A stretch of 41,886 nt of DNA, taken from the IMG/VR virus record IMGVR_UViG_3300046380_000005, positions 1-41,886 of that record. One strand, 5' to 3'. This document shows positions 1 to 9,345 of the stretch, in pieces. This DNA is from a virus (Duplodnaviria; Caudoviricetes). Numbering within the stretch: the first letter of the stretch is position 1; each line of letters opens with the position of its first letter. Below the pieces are notes generated by a model. That model did no database searches and had not been told where the DNA came from. It saw nothing but the letters and a program-made list of their open reading frames with translations. A program made the position numbers and the translations under genes.

Positions 1-127
1 GATCGCGGCTTCTGCCTGATCTGCAAAACCACCTGGCGCGGTGTATTCGTAGAGGCGCTCGGCCAGTGCTGCGGCCAGCGAGACGGGATCGGTCGGCAGT
101 GGACGCTCCAGCTTTGCAGGGCGCGTC
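1..127. repeat. Terminal direct repeat copy 1 (circular assembly overlap)
   Basis: Identical to 41760-41886. 127 nt is a typical assembler k-mer, and an ORF reads straight through the junction. Confidence 0.95.
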
Positions 128-276
128 GGGATGGTCGCAGGACAGGGGCGCTGTACCTCGACGGTGCGGGTCACCACCCTGACCTCGACTGCGGGCTTGG
201 TCTGATCGCCAGCGCACGCGGATAGGGCAAGGAGGGCTAAATATGGGATTTTCCCATAATTGATGTTACAAGCCAT
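1..276 (-). CDS. Outer-membrane lipoprotein spanin (Rz1-like o-spanin), 100 aa, spanning the origin (276..1 then 41759..41733)
   Basis: Manual translation gives MACNINYGKIPYLALLALSAC-AGDQTKPAVEVRVVTRTVEVQRPCPATIPTRP...NLCTKAAQ*. It has lipobox LSAC and a Pro-rich region, overlaps the end of the i-spanin, and its TGA overlaps the ATG at 41736. Absent from the ORF track. Confidence 0.8.
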   Translation of the reverse strand, partial: MACNINYGKIPYLALLALSACAGDQTKPAVEVRVVTRTVEVQRPCPATIPTRPAKLERPLPTDPVSLAAALAERLYEYTAPGGFADQAEAAI

Positions 277-706
277 CGAGCGCCCCCGTTAAAGCTGGTG
301 GAATCCGGCACGCCCCTTTTCCCGGAACCTTCGCCATTGCCAGCAGCGCATCGCGAGCGGCCTTGGTCGAGGCGTATTGCTTATCGAGTGCCGCACGGTT
401 GGCAGCGTCGGTAGCCTTGGCATCGGTCAGAGCTTTGGCGCGTGCGAGGCTTTCCGCATTCTTCTGCGCCAGCGCGGTTTGCAGCGTGTTGATCGACGCG
501 AGGTCGACGGCTTCGCGCATCAGGCCAGCATCGGTGCGGACTTTCTCCTTCGCCACACCTTCAGCGACAGCAGCCTCGTGGGCCTCGTGCTCCCAATGCC
601 CATGGATTGCCCACAGGACGCCCAGCAGCACGATTCCGGCCACGACAGCATAAACCCATCGTGGAAGCTTCAGGAGTGGCCCTATGAGGCTTAAAACGAA
701 TCCCAT
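266..706 (-). CDS. Inner-membrane spanin (Rz-like i-spanin)
   Basis: N-terminal TM helix, Ala-rich coiled coil and a C-terminal Cys; located after holin and endolysin and before the lipoprotein. Confidence 0.7.
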   Translation of the reverse strand: MGFVLSLIGPLLKLPRWVYAVVAGIVLLGVLWAIHGHWEHEAHEAAVAEGVAKEKVRTDAGLMREAVDLASINTLQTALAQKNAESLARAKALTDAKATDAANRAALDKQYASTKAARDALLAMAKVPGKGACRIPPALTGALDGL

Positions 707-1008
707 CAGTCTGCCCCCTCAGGTGGAGCAGCGGCAGGCTGGTTCGTCCCGTCGCGGGTCTGCACAGCTTTCGCGGTCTGGCGATCTTTCCAGCCAGCAG
801 ACGCGGAAATTGCGCCGACAGCGACACCCAAACCCGTGGGAAACGAGAGGCAGTACGAGGTTAAGTCGAAGTCGTGATGCAGCCCGAATATCTGCCAGCC
901 CTCGAAGCCGTTCGCCCCGAAGATATATGCCATCGCTCCGACAGCGCCGACGACCCGGGTAACCTCGAAATTCCCGTTCACGCCTTTCATGAGGTCGATT
1001 AAAGCCAT
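706..1008 (-). CDS. Putative holin
   Basis: 100 aa, two hydrophobic segments and a charged C-terminus; lies between endolysin and spanins. Confidence 0.55.
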   Translation of the reverse strand: MALIDLMKGVNGNFEVTRVVGAVGAMAYIFGANGFEGWQIFGLHHDFDLTSYCLSFPTGLGVAVGAISASAGWKDRQTAKAVQTRDGTNQPAAAPPEGAD

Positions 1009-1009
1009 C

Positions 1010-1645
1010 TCAATTCCCCCCGAGAGCGAGCAGCCCCCTCGCTAGTTTGGTGAGTGCAATGCGGTCGTTGAGACCTTCGAGTGCAGGCCCGTTGACGATC
1101 CGCGTGATGTCAGTGATGCGGTATTGGTCAGCGAGGTCGTTGAGGCCGTGCATTCCCCAGAACCAGCCCGTCACCTCGATTGCGCCCTTGGGGGTCTGGA
1201 GGTAGGCTGGCACGTCCATGACGCCTAAGCCGCACGACGCACCAAATGCAGCGTGGTTATCGCGGCCCGTACACTGAATCCCGCCACAACCTCTAAATCG
1301 CCAGCCGTCGCCGCTCGTCTCAGGACCGTTGCCAAGCCGGTTGGCGTAAACCCGGTTGGCAATCGCCATCGGTCCCTTGGTAATCAGCAGTTCCGCATCC
1401 TCGACCCCGCGCACCGCCGAGAACATCGCGTCCAAGCGTTGCGGATCACGGTAGTTGAGATTCTCAGTCATGCGGGTCAGCCGCTGCGATTCCACGCCCA
1501 ATTGCCCCAAGAGCGCCGCTGCCCGGTTGAGCGTGTTTACCTCGCGCTCGACAAACATCGCGTTGAGTGGATCGACATACGGCGCCAGCACAGCGCTAGG
1601 CGTGGGCTTGAATACCTGCGCCAGAACGGGTGTCGTGAGGATCAC
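1010..1645 (-). CDS. Endolysin, glycoside hydrolase family 19 (chitinase-like)
   Basis: Motifs LGQLGVES, ENLNY, IANRVYANRLGNG, GDGWRFRGCGGIQCTGRDN, ITRIVNG. Start placed at GTG 1645, which overlaps the upstream stop (GTGA). Confidence 0.9.
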   Translation of the reverse strand: MILTTPVLAQVFKPTPSAVLAPYVDPLNAMFVEREVNTLNRAAALLGQLGVESQRLTRMTENLNYRDPQRLDAMFSAVRGVEDAELLITKGPMAIANRVYANRLGNGPETSGDGWRFRGCGGIQCTGRDNHAAFGASCGLGVMDVPAYLQTPKGAIEVTGWFWGMHGLNDLADQYRITDITRIVNGPALEGLNDRIALTKLARGLLALGGN

Positions 1646-1959
1646 TTGTCGTCCCCCGCGTTGCGCATCTCTGACAGGGCGAGCTGCGTATCTTGTCTCA
1701 GCGGTCCCCCGCCGATCTTCATGTTGAGGATCGTTTCCAGCGTTTCGATGCGGTGAACGAGGCGCGTTTCCATTTGCTCGCAATGGTGGCGCTCGTTCGC
1801 TATCCTTTCCTCAAGGCCCGTGATGTGCTTCTTGAGCGGCGCGTTGAGGACGCCGACGATAAACGCATAGGTTGAGACACAGCCCGCGCCGAATGCTGCT
1901 GCCAGCGTTCCACCATGCGCCCCGGTCAAGTCGAGCGGGAACACCTCAGCTGTGTCCAC
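1642..1959 (-). CDS. Small membrane protein of the lysis cassette (holin/antiholin-like)
   Basis: One TM segment followed by a coiled coil, directly upstream of the endolysin. Confidence 0.5.
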   Translation of the reverse strand: MDTAEVFPLDLTGAHGGTLAAAFGAGCVSTYAFIVGVLNAPLKKHITGLEERIANERHHCEQMETRLVHRIETLETILNMKIGGGPLRQDTQLALSEMRNAGDDK

Positions 1960-2007
1960 AATGAAACGCCCCGGCTGGAACGCGGTTTAAGGATACAGGG
2001 CGGCTCA

Positions 2008-3597
2008 TCAGCTAACCGCCATCGTCACAAGAAGAGTAATCGTGTGGCTGTCGTTATAGGCGTTGTAGAGCCAGCAGCCGGTTGTGGTGTCTAAGGCGAT
2101 CCTAGCCGGCTCGCCGGTTGACCCGCGAACTACGCCGCCCGATACTTGAGTGAGGTTCCATCCGGTAGGCGGTGAAAGGAGGAACTTGGTCTGCGTGGAA
2201 GCGGTCCCGGCCGTCCACGTGTAGACGATCCGGTATGTTACCTTGCTGTCAAAGTCGGTCACCGACAGTGCTGCGGTGCTGGATAGCGTAAGTGTACCGG
2301 TCTGACCCGATGAATAGGCCAGGGTTGGCGCTTGGGCTGCATTTGCAGGAGGCGTAAGCTTGATATTCTGGCCGTTGTTGTTGGTCCACGTTTGCGCGCC
2401 AGCTTCGATATTCTCATACCAGAGGTTGCCAACGACGCCAGTTAGATCGATCGTGTGCGCTGTTGAGAACGTGTTGCGGCGAACGCTGGAATTGTTGCCC
2501 GTGCCATCTGTTAGCGTACCGAACGCAATGTCAGCGGCGTTAGCTTCCATCCACACGCCGCTGACTTCGCTACCCTGACCAAGGCGGATCGCAGTTGCGC
2601 CGCTGTTGCTTTCGATCAGACCGCCAGTGATCGAGGTCTGCGCCGAACGAGCTGCGTCGATGGCGATGCCGAGGCCTACGTTGGAATAAATCCACGGACG
2701 AACGATGCGGTTGGCATTGGCGTTGTACGCGACACCCGCACCACGGTTGTTGAACAGGAAGACGTTAGTCCATCCGGTCTGGGCGGCGAGGATGATAGTG
2801 TTCCACTCGCACCCATACGTGAGATATGGCGATGCGGAGATGTCAAAGAGCGACTGAAATCCCGCCGTTCCATTCGACAGTCCGCTAATTTCGTGGAACT
2901 TGAAGGCGCGGAAGCCGGAGCAATTGAACGCGCCGCCCGTCGATCCGCTAGCATGGGCTTTGAGCGAGAAGCCGCCCATGTGGCCGTGTTCACAAGCGCC
3001 TGCTGTCTGGGCCTTGCGGAACACTGGTGTGTTCGCCGCATTAGCTTGGAAAATGGTGCGCGAGGGGCCTTCGCCCTCCATTGTGAACCCGAGACCGTTG
3101 GGAATATCGACATTGCCGCAAAGATATGTGCCCGCCGGTGCAAAGAGTCTGCGTCCCGAGGCAAAGGCAGCAATCAGGCCAGTAGTGCTGTCGGTTGCTC
3201 CCGTTGGGTCAACGCCTGCAAAATCAAGGATTGAGGCTGTGTCCGCGAACTTGGCTTGCCCTGAACGTGGACCAGTGCCGGTGCCTGGCAGCGTGAACGT
3301 TATGCCGGTTGCCCCCGAAACCCCGAATGGAATACTTGCAACACGCCTGTAAAACGTCGCTGCGTCCGAACCATAAATGTCGAAGTGATACGTTCCAGGG
3401 GTGACAAAGAACGAAGCATTTCCTGCGCTGTCGGTCTTCGCCATGTTGGCGATGTTCGACACTGTCGCGATCGGCGTGCCGGAATCGTCGGCGTAGATCG
3501 GGACCGTTGCCAATGTGACCGGATCGATCACACGGACGAAATAGCCCACCAGGCTACCACCGTTGGTGTTGGTGATCGCCTCGAAATAATGGAACAT
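2008..3597 (-). CDS. Tailspike with pectate-lyase-like parallel beta-helix (depolymerase)
   Basis: N-terminal virion-attachment domain, then SILDFAGVDPTGATDST...LFAPAGTY (pectate_lyase_3-type start) and Asn/Gly-rich beta-helix repeats. Confidence 0.75.
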   Translation of the reverse strand: MFHYFEAITNTNGGSLVGYFVRVIDPVTLATVPIYADDSGTPIATVSNIANMAKTDSAGNASFFVTPGTYHFDIYGSDAATFYRRVASIPFGVSGATGITFTLPGTGTGPRSGQAKFADTASILDFAGVDPTGATDSTTGLIAAFASGRRLFAPAGTYLCGNVDIPNGLGFTMEGEGPSRTIFQANAANTPVFRKAQTAGACEHGHMGGFSLKAHASGSTGGAFNCSGFRAFKFHEISGLSNGTAGFQSLFDISASPYLTYGCEWNTIILAAQTGWTNVFLFNNRGAGVAYNANANRIVRPWIYSNVGLGIAIDAARSAQTSITGGLIESNSGATAIRLGQGSEVSGVWMEANAADIAFGTLTDGTGNNSSVRRNTFSTAHTIDLTGVVGNLWYENIEAGAQTWTNNNGQNIKLTPPANAAQAPTLAYSSGQTGTLTLSSTAALSVTDFDSKVTYRIVYTWTAGTASTQTKFLLSPPTGWNLTQVSGGVVRGSTGEPARIALDTTTGCWLYNAYNDSHTITLLVTMAVS

Positions 3598-4059
3598 TTA
3601 GAACCCCCGCCCGGATGAGCCGTAATTGTTGAGATCGATGGGCACCGTGACGGTTGCGACCGGGTCGCCGAGCGTGTCGGAGACGGTGCAGGTTGCGGTT
3701 CCGCTAAACTCGCCAAACGGTGCGACGTTGGCGCTGAAATAGGTGGTTGCGTTGCCCGAATTGCTGATGATGAAACCGGGCGCCGACCATGTGTAGGTAT
3801 AGGGCGCCAACCCTCCGGTCGGCATGATGGTGACGCTCGAACTATAGACCGTCGCGACGCCCGACGAGGACACCGAACCGAAGGCGCTTGTCGGGTCAGC
3901 CGTCGCCGAGATCGGCGAGAGATACCGGGCGACCTGCTTCCAGACGCCGCCCTTGTAGAGCATCCGTCGTGTGCGAACGCGCCAGCCTGCCCCGATATAG
4001 ATCTTGGCGCTTGTGACGGTGTGCCAGCTCGCGGAGGCGTAAATCTGCGGGTTGGTCAT
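3598..4059 (-). CDS. Putative tail/fibre-associated protein with Ig-like C-terminal domain
   Basis: Ser/Thr-rich beta sequence (GGLAPYTYTWS, ATCTVSD); coupled to neighbouring tail genes. Confidence 0.5.
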   Translation of the reverse strand: MTNPQIYASASWHTVTSAKIYIGAGWRVRTRRMLYKGGVWKQVARYLSPISATADPTSAFGSVSSSGVATVYSSSVTIMPTGGLAPYTYTWSAPGFIISNSGNATTYFSANVAPFGEFSGTATCTVSDTLGDPVATVTVPIDLNNYGSSGRGF

Positions 4060-4391
4060 GGCGCGTAGAAGTCAACGGTCATTCCCTCGACCGGGGACGA
4101 GGGAAGGGTGGTGCCTTCGGGCAGGAAGTAATGCAGCCCAGAGGCAAGCGACGGGTCGGCGTTGAGGCGGTAAAGGCCCTTTCCGGTTTGTTGAATCGGG
4201 CCGGTGAATGTTGCACCTGCTAACGGGGCATATGCCGACAGGTTCGGCAGGCCGTTATAGAGCACGCGCATGTCGGCCATGAGCTGGCGGATTGCATCGT
4301 TGATCGACCCCGGCGCGCAGCCTTCGGCGATGTTAACACCGCTGATCGAGGTGTTTGAAGCGGGCGTGATGGAATAATCGGTGACTGCCAT
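4056..4391 (-). CDS. Tail fibre anchor/adaptor protein
   Basis: NIAEGCAPGSINDAIRQLMA resembles the conserved N-terminus of podophage tail fibres; YAPLAGATFTG is a fibre motif. Confidence 0.6.
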   Translation of the reverse strand: MAVTDYSITPASNTSISGVNIAEGCAPGSINDAIRQLMADMRVLYNGLPNLSAYAPLAGATFTGPIQQTGKGLYRLNADPSLASGLHYFLPEGTTLPSSPVEGMTVDFYAP

Positions 4392-4525
4392 GCGGCGTCC
4401 TTTCCCCTAGCTATGGGCTGTGGTATTGTTGGGCTATGACAGGGGTTGAAATCGCTGGCGCTTGCGCGATTAAGAGCGTGATTTACGCGCTCCACGCCAA
4501 GTGGAAGGCGCGGAAGGAAAAGCGG

Positions 4526-7500
4526 TTACTGTTGCTGACTGATGGCCGTGGGCAGGACACTTGCCCCGAACAAGCCACCGTATGGGGCGGCACTTTGTAT
4601 CCCTTGGCCAAGCCATTGAGCCACGTCCGGGCGCTTGAGTACCATTGCCCGCATAGCTCGTTGTCCAGCGGGGCTGGCGAGTAGCGTCATCGTTCCAAGC
4701 GCGCCGAGTGCTCCGCCTGAGACGTCCGCCGCCGTATCGTTGCCAGATCCAGTAGCAGCGCCAAGCGAGCCGAGTGTGCCAAGGCCGACCAACGCACGAC
4801 GCGCCGTTCCGCTATCAGGCACGCTCGACGGCAAAACATCTTGTCCAGCACGGCTAAGGCTAAAGAACGGCTGGTTGGTCGTTCCCTGAGTGCCTCCGAA
4901 TACGCGTGAGTTAGCAGCCGCAGCATCAGCCAGTTGCGATGGCATGAAGACACCAGGGTCCCCGCTGCGTGTGCCATTGCGAGCGCGATTTACCGCGTCT
5001 TGCAATACCTTGGTATTGCGCCAAGCATCGCCTGCTGCATCATAGGCCGGGAGGACTGAGGGGTCTTGCGCGCCGACCGTATCACGAAGGGCGCTATTCA
5101 TGCCGCTAAACGCATCCGAGATAGGCTCGTAACCAGGTTGAGGTGGCGACATTCCCGGCGTGCCGTTGGCGATCGTGCTGTATTTTCCAGCGTAATCGCG
5201 CGTCGTACGCGACAGGCCTTGGAAGTTCTGACCGCTTACCTGACCATCGGGTCCGATCAGGGGAGCGATGTTGCGGTCAACGATGTCTTGGAACTCACCG
5301 CCGCCAGTGCGGGCCTTTGCTCCGGCCATCGCGGCTTGAACAAAGGGACTGTCATCCGTCATCGGCAGCGTGAAACTCTTGCCGTTAAGCGCGGCATCGT
5401 AGGCGTTGCCGACGTGGCCTAGCGCATTGTCGATGCCCTGTTCCTTGAGGCCCGTTTTGGCTGCCCCAACGAACGGGCTGACCGGAGCAAGCGCCTCGTC
5501 GAACGCCGCTTGGTTGAAGCCCTTGATGCCGCGATTGCGGGTGTATTGCAGCATGTCTCCGACGAGCGGAACCGAGGTAAGGGCGTCCTCGAGTTTCTTG
5601 ACGCCAGAACCAACAGCGCCGCTTTGGCTGACGGCCTGCCCGAGGGTGAGTGGGACACCGGCATCCTTGAGTATCCCAACGGGTCCGCCTTGCACACCCG
5701 TCAGCACTTTGCCTAGGCCGCTGGTAGCACCGCGTCCTAGCATTCCGCCGCCCATACCAAGGCCGGCACCCTCTACAGCGCCGGCAAGCGGGTTGGTCGG
5801 GTCAGTTGTTCCGCCCGAGATGGCGCCATAAAGCGCGTCACCACCGCGTGCAGCATAGGGAGCGATCGCCGCCGCCTTATCCGCACCCTCAAGACCACGC
5901 GCGACCCAAGGAAGAGCCGAGAGACCCTTTGCGGCGATACCTTCGCCCAGCATTGCGCCGCCAGCGCCCCCAGCAAGGCTGCCGAGTGTCGCAGCGCCGG
6001 GATTTTGCGCATCGGACGCAGCGAATACCGCGTTGGTCTTGTCAGGTGTAGGCGAGAAGGCCGTTGCGGCCGCCCGAGGAAGGTTGGCAAGCAGCGAATT
6101 GGTCGCATTGCCAAACATCGTCCCCGCTGGGCTACCGCCGATCGTATTAACGAGCGATTCCGTGGGCGAGAGGGGGATTTGCACGTTGGCTTGATCGGTA
6201 TTGGGCGGGAATGGACCCTTGAACCCCGGATTTTTGGCAAGGTAGTCGAGCGCTGCGCTGTTATCGAGGTGGAATTCGTCCGAATACGCCTTGAGCTTGT
6301 CAGGACTGGCGCCGGCCGCGACGAGCTTATTGAAGCCGTTCAGCGCTTGCAGATAGACCGTGTTCGGGACCGATTTGGTTTGTCCGTCGATGCTCGCGGT
6401 TGACGCGTCGCCATACTGACCGCCCTGCAACGCCGCTGTTAGTCCCGTTGGGCCGGATGGAGGCGTTCCGGGACCACCGAAGGCAGGAGGAGGAGGAGCG
6501 CCAGGCGCACCACCGCTAGGGCCGCCTGGAATGTTCGCGCCGCCCTTTGCTGCAAGTGCGAGAAAACTAGGGGTAAGCTTTAGACCATCAGGAAGCGGGC
6601 CCTCCGTTCCGTCACCCTGCAAGCGCATCAAGTGCAGCATTTGGGCGGCTTGATCGGGTCGGAAAGGATCGGGAATGTCAGCGCCCATCGTGCGACGATA
6701 GGTGTCGTTCGCCGCCATGTACTTTTGATAGTTCTGGATCGCTGCCGTTTGCAAAGTGGCGCGCTGCGTATCGATCGGCTGCGAGGCGGTGATAGCGTTT
6801 TCCGAGGCAACACGGTCGCCTTGGGTTGTGTTGCCGCCAGCGCTGCCGATGCTGCCCGTGATGCTCTTGGCGGCTTCTCCACCATAGACGCGGTTGGCTT
6901 GGGCGAACCTCGCACCAGCAGGGCTATTGGCGTTGAAGATCAGATTATTGAGCGCGGCGCCACCGAGGCGGCCAGCCAATCCACCAGGATTGCCGAGGCC
7001 GGTAATCGCCGCCTCTTCTTCATGCGAGTGGTCTATATTCGCACCGAGTGAGGCCAGATAACCGCCCGTCGATTTGGCATCCGCGAGCTGTTTCGCCGCC
7101 TCCTGTCGAGCGGGGAAGTTGGCGGCTGAAAACGACGGGTCGGCATTCACCGCCATCTGGACGTAAGGCAGCAATTCCTTGGACGAGATGCCGCGCGTAC
7201 CGACCGGGAGATTGCCTTGGATCAGCGACCGGACAATCCCTTGCGCATTGCCCGGAAGCGTCTGGATGTATTGCTCGCCGTGGACCTTGCTGTTGGGTTG
7301 GATCGCGAGGGCTGCGCGCGCCGCTGCTTCGTCGTCAATCTCTTGCTGCGCCTTTTGGTTGGCGAGGGTCTTGGCGCGCAGTTCAGCGTCAGAGATCGGC
7401 TGTTCGTTGTTGAAGCCTGGCTTCGGCGTGCCATAGGTGCGGACACTCGGCGCATTGTTCACGCTTGATTCTAGAACCGGCTGTCCGCCATGCACAACAT

Positions 7501-7555
7501 ACGTGTTGCCATCGGACCCCTTGAGCCGATCGCCCTCGTTATAGGTCTGTGGCAT
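4526..7555 (-). CDS. Large DNA ejection/internal virion protein
   Basis: 1009 aa, Ala/Gly-rich with hydrophobic Gly-rich segments; last of the ejection-protein block in podovirus gene order. Confidence 0.65.
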   Translation of the reverse strand: MPQTYNEGDRLKGSDGNTYVVHGGQPVLESSVNNAPSVRTYGTPKPGFNNEQPISDAELRAKTLANQKAQQEIDDEAAARAALAIQPNSKVHGEQYIQTLPGNAQGIVRSLIQGNLPVGTRGISSKELLPYVQMAVNADPSFSAANFPARQEAAKQLADAKSTGGYLASLGANIDHSHEEEAAITGLGNPGGLAGRLGGAALNNLIFNANSPAGARFAQANRVYGGEAAKSITGSIGSAGGNTTQGDRVASENAITASQPIDTQRATLQTAAIQNYQKYMAANDTYRRTMGADIPDPFRPDQAAQMLHLMRLQGDGTEGPLPDGLKLTPSFLALAAKGGANIPGGPSGGAPGAPPPPAFGGPGTPPSGPTGLTAALQGGQYGDASTASIDGQTKSVPNTVYLQALNGFNKLVAAGASPDKLKAYSDEFHLDNSAALDYLAKNPGFKGPFPPNTDQANVQIPLSPTESLVNTIGGSPAGTMFGNATNSLLANLPRAAATAFSPTPDKTNAVFAASDAQNPGAATLGSLAGGAGGAMLGEGIAAKGLSALPWVARGLEGADKAAAIAPYAARGGDALYGAISGGTTDPTNPLAGAVEGAGLGMGGGMLGRGATSGLGKVLTGVQGGPVGILKDAGVPLTLGQAVSQSGAVGSGVKKLEDALTSVPLVGDMLQYTRNRGIKGFNQAAFDEALAPVSPFVGAAKTGLKEQGIDNALGHVGNAYDAALNGKSFTLPMTDDSPFVQAAMAGAKARTGGGEFQDIVDRNIAPLIGPDGQVSGQNFQGLSRTTRDYAGKYSTIANGTPGMSPPQPGYEPISDAFSGMNSALRDTVGAQDPSVLPAYDAAGDAWRNTKVLQDAVNRARNGTRSGDPGVFMPSQLADAAAANSRVFGGTQGTTNQPFFSLSRAGQDVLPSSVPDSGTARRALVGLGTLGSLGAATGSGNDTAADVSGGALGALGTMTLLASPAGQRAMRAMVLKRPDVAQWLGQGIQSAAPYGGLFGASVLPTAISQQQ

Positions 7556-7978
7556 TTATTGCCCCCTTACAGCGCTGAAATTGCGCCGAATATAATCTTG
7601 TGTTTCAGGTGGCGCGAGCGACGCCCAGTTGTCGCCGCGCGACGCGATGGCATGGTCGACGTGGCCCGGACCCCAATTGTACGCGCCCCACATCTTGCCC
7701 AAGTCCCCGCCGTACTTTTGCTGCATCGCAACACGGTATTGCTGGCCTACGCGAGCCAGATCGTCTGGGCTTGACCCATCCCAAGGCGTAATCCCGAAGC
7801 CCGGTTGACGTGCGGTCGACGGCATCACCTGCCACTCTCCCATTGCGCCCTTGGGGGACTGTAACAGGCCACCGTTTGCCCCATAGCGCTGTCCGTTGCT
7901 TTCGCTCCCGACTGTTGCAGCATCAAGCGCGTTATTAGTTGCGCTTGGGAAAGGTGCCCGACCCGTTAGGGGTCGCAC
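7556..7978 (-). CDS. Lytic transglycosylase (SLT) domain, virion-associated; possibly expressed as a frameshift fusion
   Basis: Catalytic ES (GSESNG), SPKGAMGEWQVMP, AYNWGPG and ETQDYI motifs. Confidence 0.85.
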   Translation of the reverse strand: MRPLTGRAPFPSATNNALDAATVGSESNGQRYGANGGLLQSPKGAMGEWQVMPSTARQPGFGITPWDGSSPDDLARVGQQYRVAMQQKYGGDLGKMWGAYNWGPGHVDHAIASRGDNWASLAPPETQDYIRRNFSAVRGQ

Positions 7979-8678
7979 CTCCTTTCGGTATCGGTGTGAA
8001 GGTTACGCCGGGAGGTGCAACTTGCGGTACAGAGTTACCAGAGATTTGAGGTAACGTATCACCGCGCGTGAATTGCGCGTAGGTGCCATCTGGGTTGCGG
8101 GTAACGACAGGTGGGCCGGCTGCGACGTTTTTTAGGTATACGTCCGCAACATCTTTGCCCTGCGTACTAAGGATGAAGTTGTAATTCTTCTGCACTGCAT
8201 CAGGCTCGGGATGGTCGATGTCGAACTGGCGCTGCTGCTGCATGTCGGAGAACTTGAGCGCCCGGTCGCGCATGTCCTTCGCCGCGTCAATTAACGCCTT
8301 GGTCCGCATCATCTGCGACTGTGCGAACAGCGGTTGACCGCCCGACCATTGCGCTAGACCATCGCCCAAAGCCCCCACGACGCGCTGCAAGCCGCTCGGA
8401 CCCTTTGGAATGCCGGTCATCTGCCCAAGGTTCTGGGCTTGTGGTGCTGGCACGGGTGGTTGCGCTAGCTGCTGCGCAAACGGGTTGGCGGGCATCGGAA
8501 TGCTGGGCGAGGTCGTTGGGCCCGGTGCGGCGCCCATCGGAGGCATTGCGCCACCAGCGCCCATTGTCGGGTCGGTCGGCTGACCCTGCGGAGGCATACC
8601 AATCGGTAGCCCCGTCATCGGGTCGATGCCGGGTTGGACCGGAGCGCCAAAGATGCCGCGTGGTGCTGTGTTGAACAT
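7935..8678 (-). CDS. DNA ejection/internal virion protein
   Basis: Pro/Gln/Gly-rich with an amphipathic segment (LQRVVGALGDGLAQW); position in the ejection block. Confidence 0.55.
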   Translation of the reverse strand: MFNTAPRGIFGAPVQPGIDPMTGLPIGMPPQGQPTDPTMGAGGAMPPMGAAPGPTTSPSIPMPANPFAQQLAQPPVPAPQAQNLGQMTGIPKGPSGLQRVVGALGDGLAQWSGGQPLFAQSQMMRTKALIDAAKDMRDRALKFSDMQQQRQFDIDHPEPDAVQKNYNFILSTQGKDVADVYLKNVAAGPPVVTRNPDGTYAQFTRGDTLPQISGNSVPQVAPPGVTFTPIPKGGATPNGSGTFPKRN

Positions 8679-8682
8679 TCCC

Positions 8683-9345
8683 CTACCTCCCCGCGTAGGC
8701 TTGGGCAGCCGATCCGGCCATCGCTGCGATCAGCGAGGCGATGCTCTGCGTTTGCGTCGTGTTGCTGTTGACGTACTGACCAAGCAATCCGCCCGTCGAG
8801 GCCGCCATGCCCGCTGCGGCTTGTACTGGTGCCTGCTGCGCTCCTGCGGCTGCCGTTGCCGCCGTAAGGGGCAGATAGCTTGCTGCAGCCTGAGACGGGG
8901 CATTCTGCGCCGCCGTGTTCATGTTGTTGCGCTCAGTCTGGTAATCCTGATAGCGCAGACCTGTCTCATTTTGGGCCAAGGCACGGGCGATGATGTCGGT
9001 GTAGGCGCTGCCCCCCGTCAACCCGCGCGTGCCGAGCGAGGATTCGGTGTTGTTCATGACGTGGTTGTTGGTCTGGTCGACCACGTTATCGAGTTCAGGG
9101 CTGCCGTGAAGGTATTGGCCATTCAAGACGTTCTGATCGTAGGTTTGGGCTGCATTTACTGTGGGATCGCCGTTCGTGTATTTGTCGATCAACCCCGGCA
9201 CCGTCGAGCCGATCGCTTGCGCCGATGACGCAATCCCCGGAGCGGCCGCGCTGTACGCGCTCGACACGTTGCCAGCCGCTGCCGTCAACTGTGGCGCATA
9301 GACAGGCGTTTGCGTTGTCTTGCTCGAACTCGAACTAAGACCCAT
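8683..9345 (-). CDS. DNA ejection protein (P22 gp7-like position)
   Basis: MGLSSSSSKTTQT N-terminus, Ala/Gln/Asn-rich; follows the GNAT-like gene. Confidence 0.6.
   Translation of the reverse strand: MGLSSSSSKTTQTPVYAPQLTAAAGNVSSAYSAAAPGIASSAQAIGSTVPGLIDKYTNGDPTVNAAQTYDQNVLNGQYLHGSPELDNVVDQTNNHVMNNTESSLGTRGLTGGSAYTDIIARALAQNETGLRYQDYQTERNNMNTAAQNAPSQAAASYLPLTAATAAAGAQQAPVQAAAGMAASTGGLLGQYVNSNTTQTQSIASLIAAMAGSAAQAYAGR

Noticed and set aside
1-127. Terminal repeat as a biological DTR
   Set aside because: The length equals a common assembler k-mer and it falls mid-gene, so it is best explained as circular overlap.
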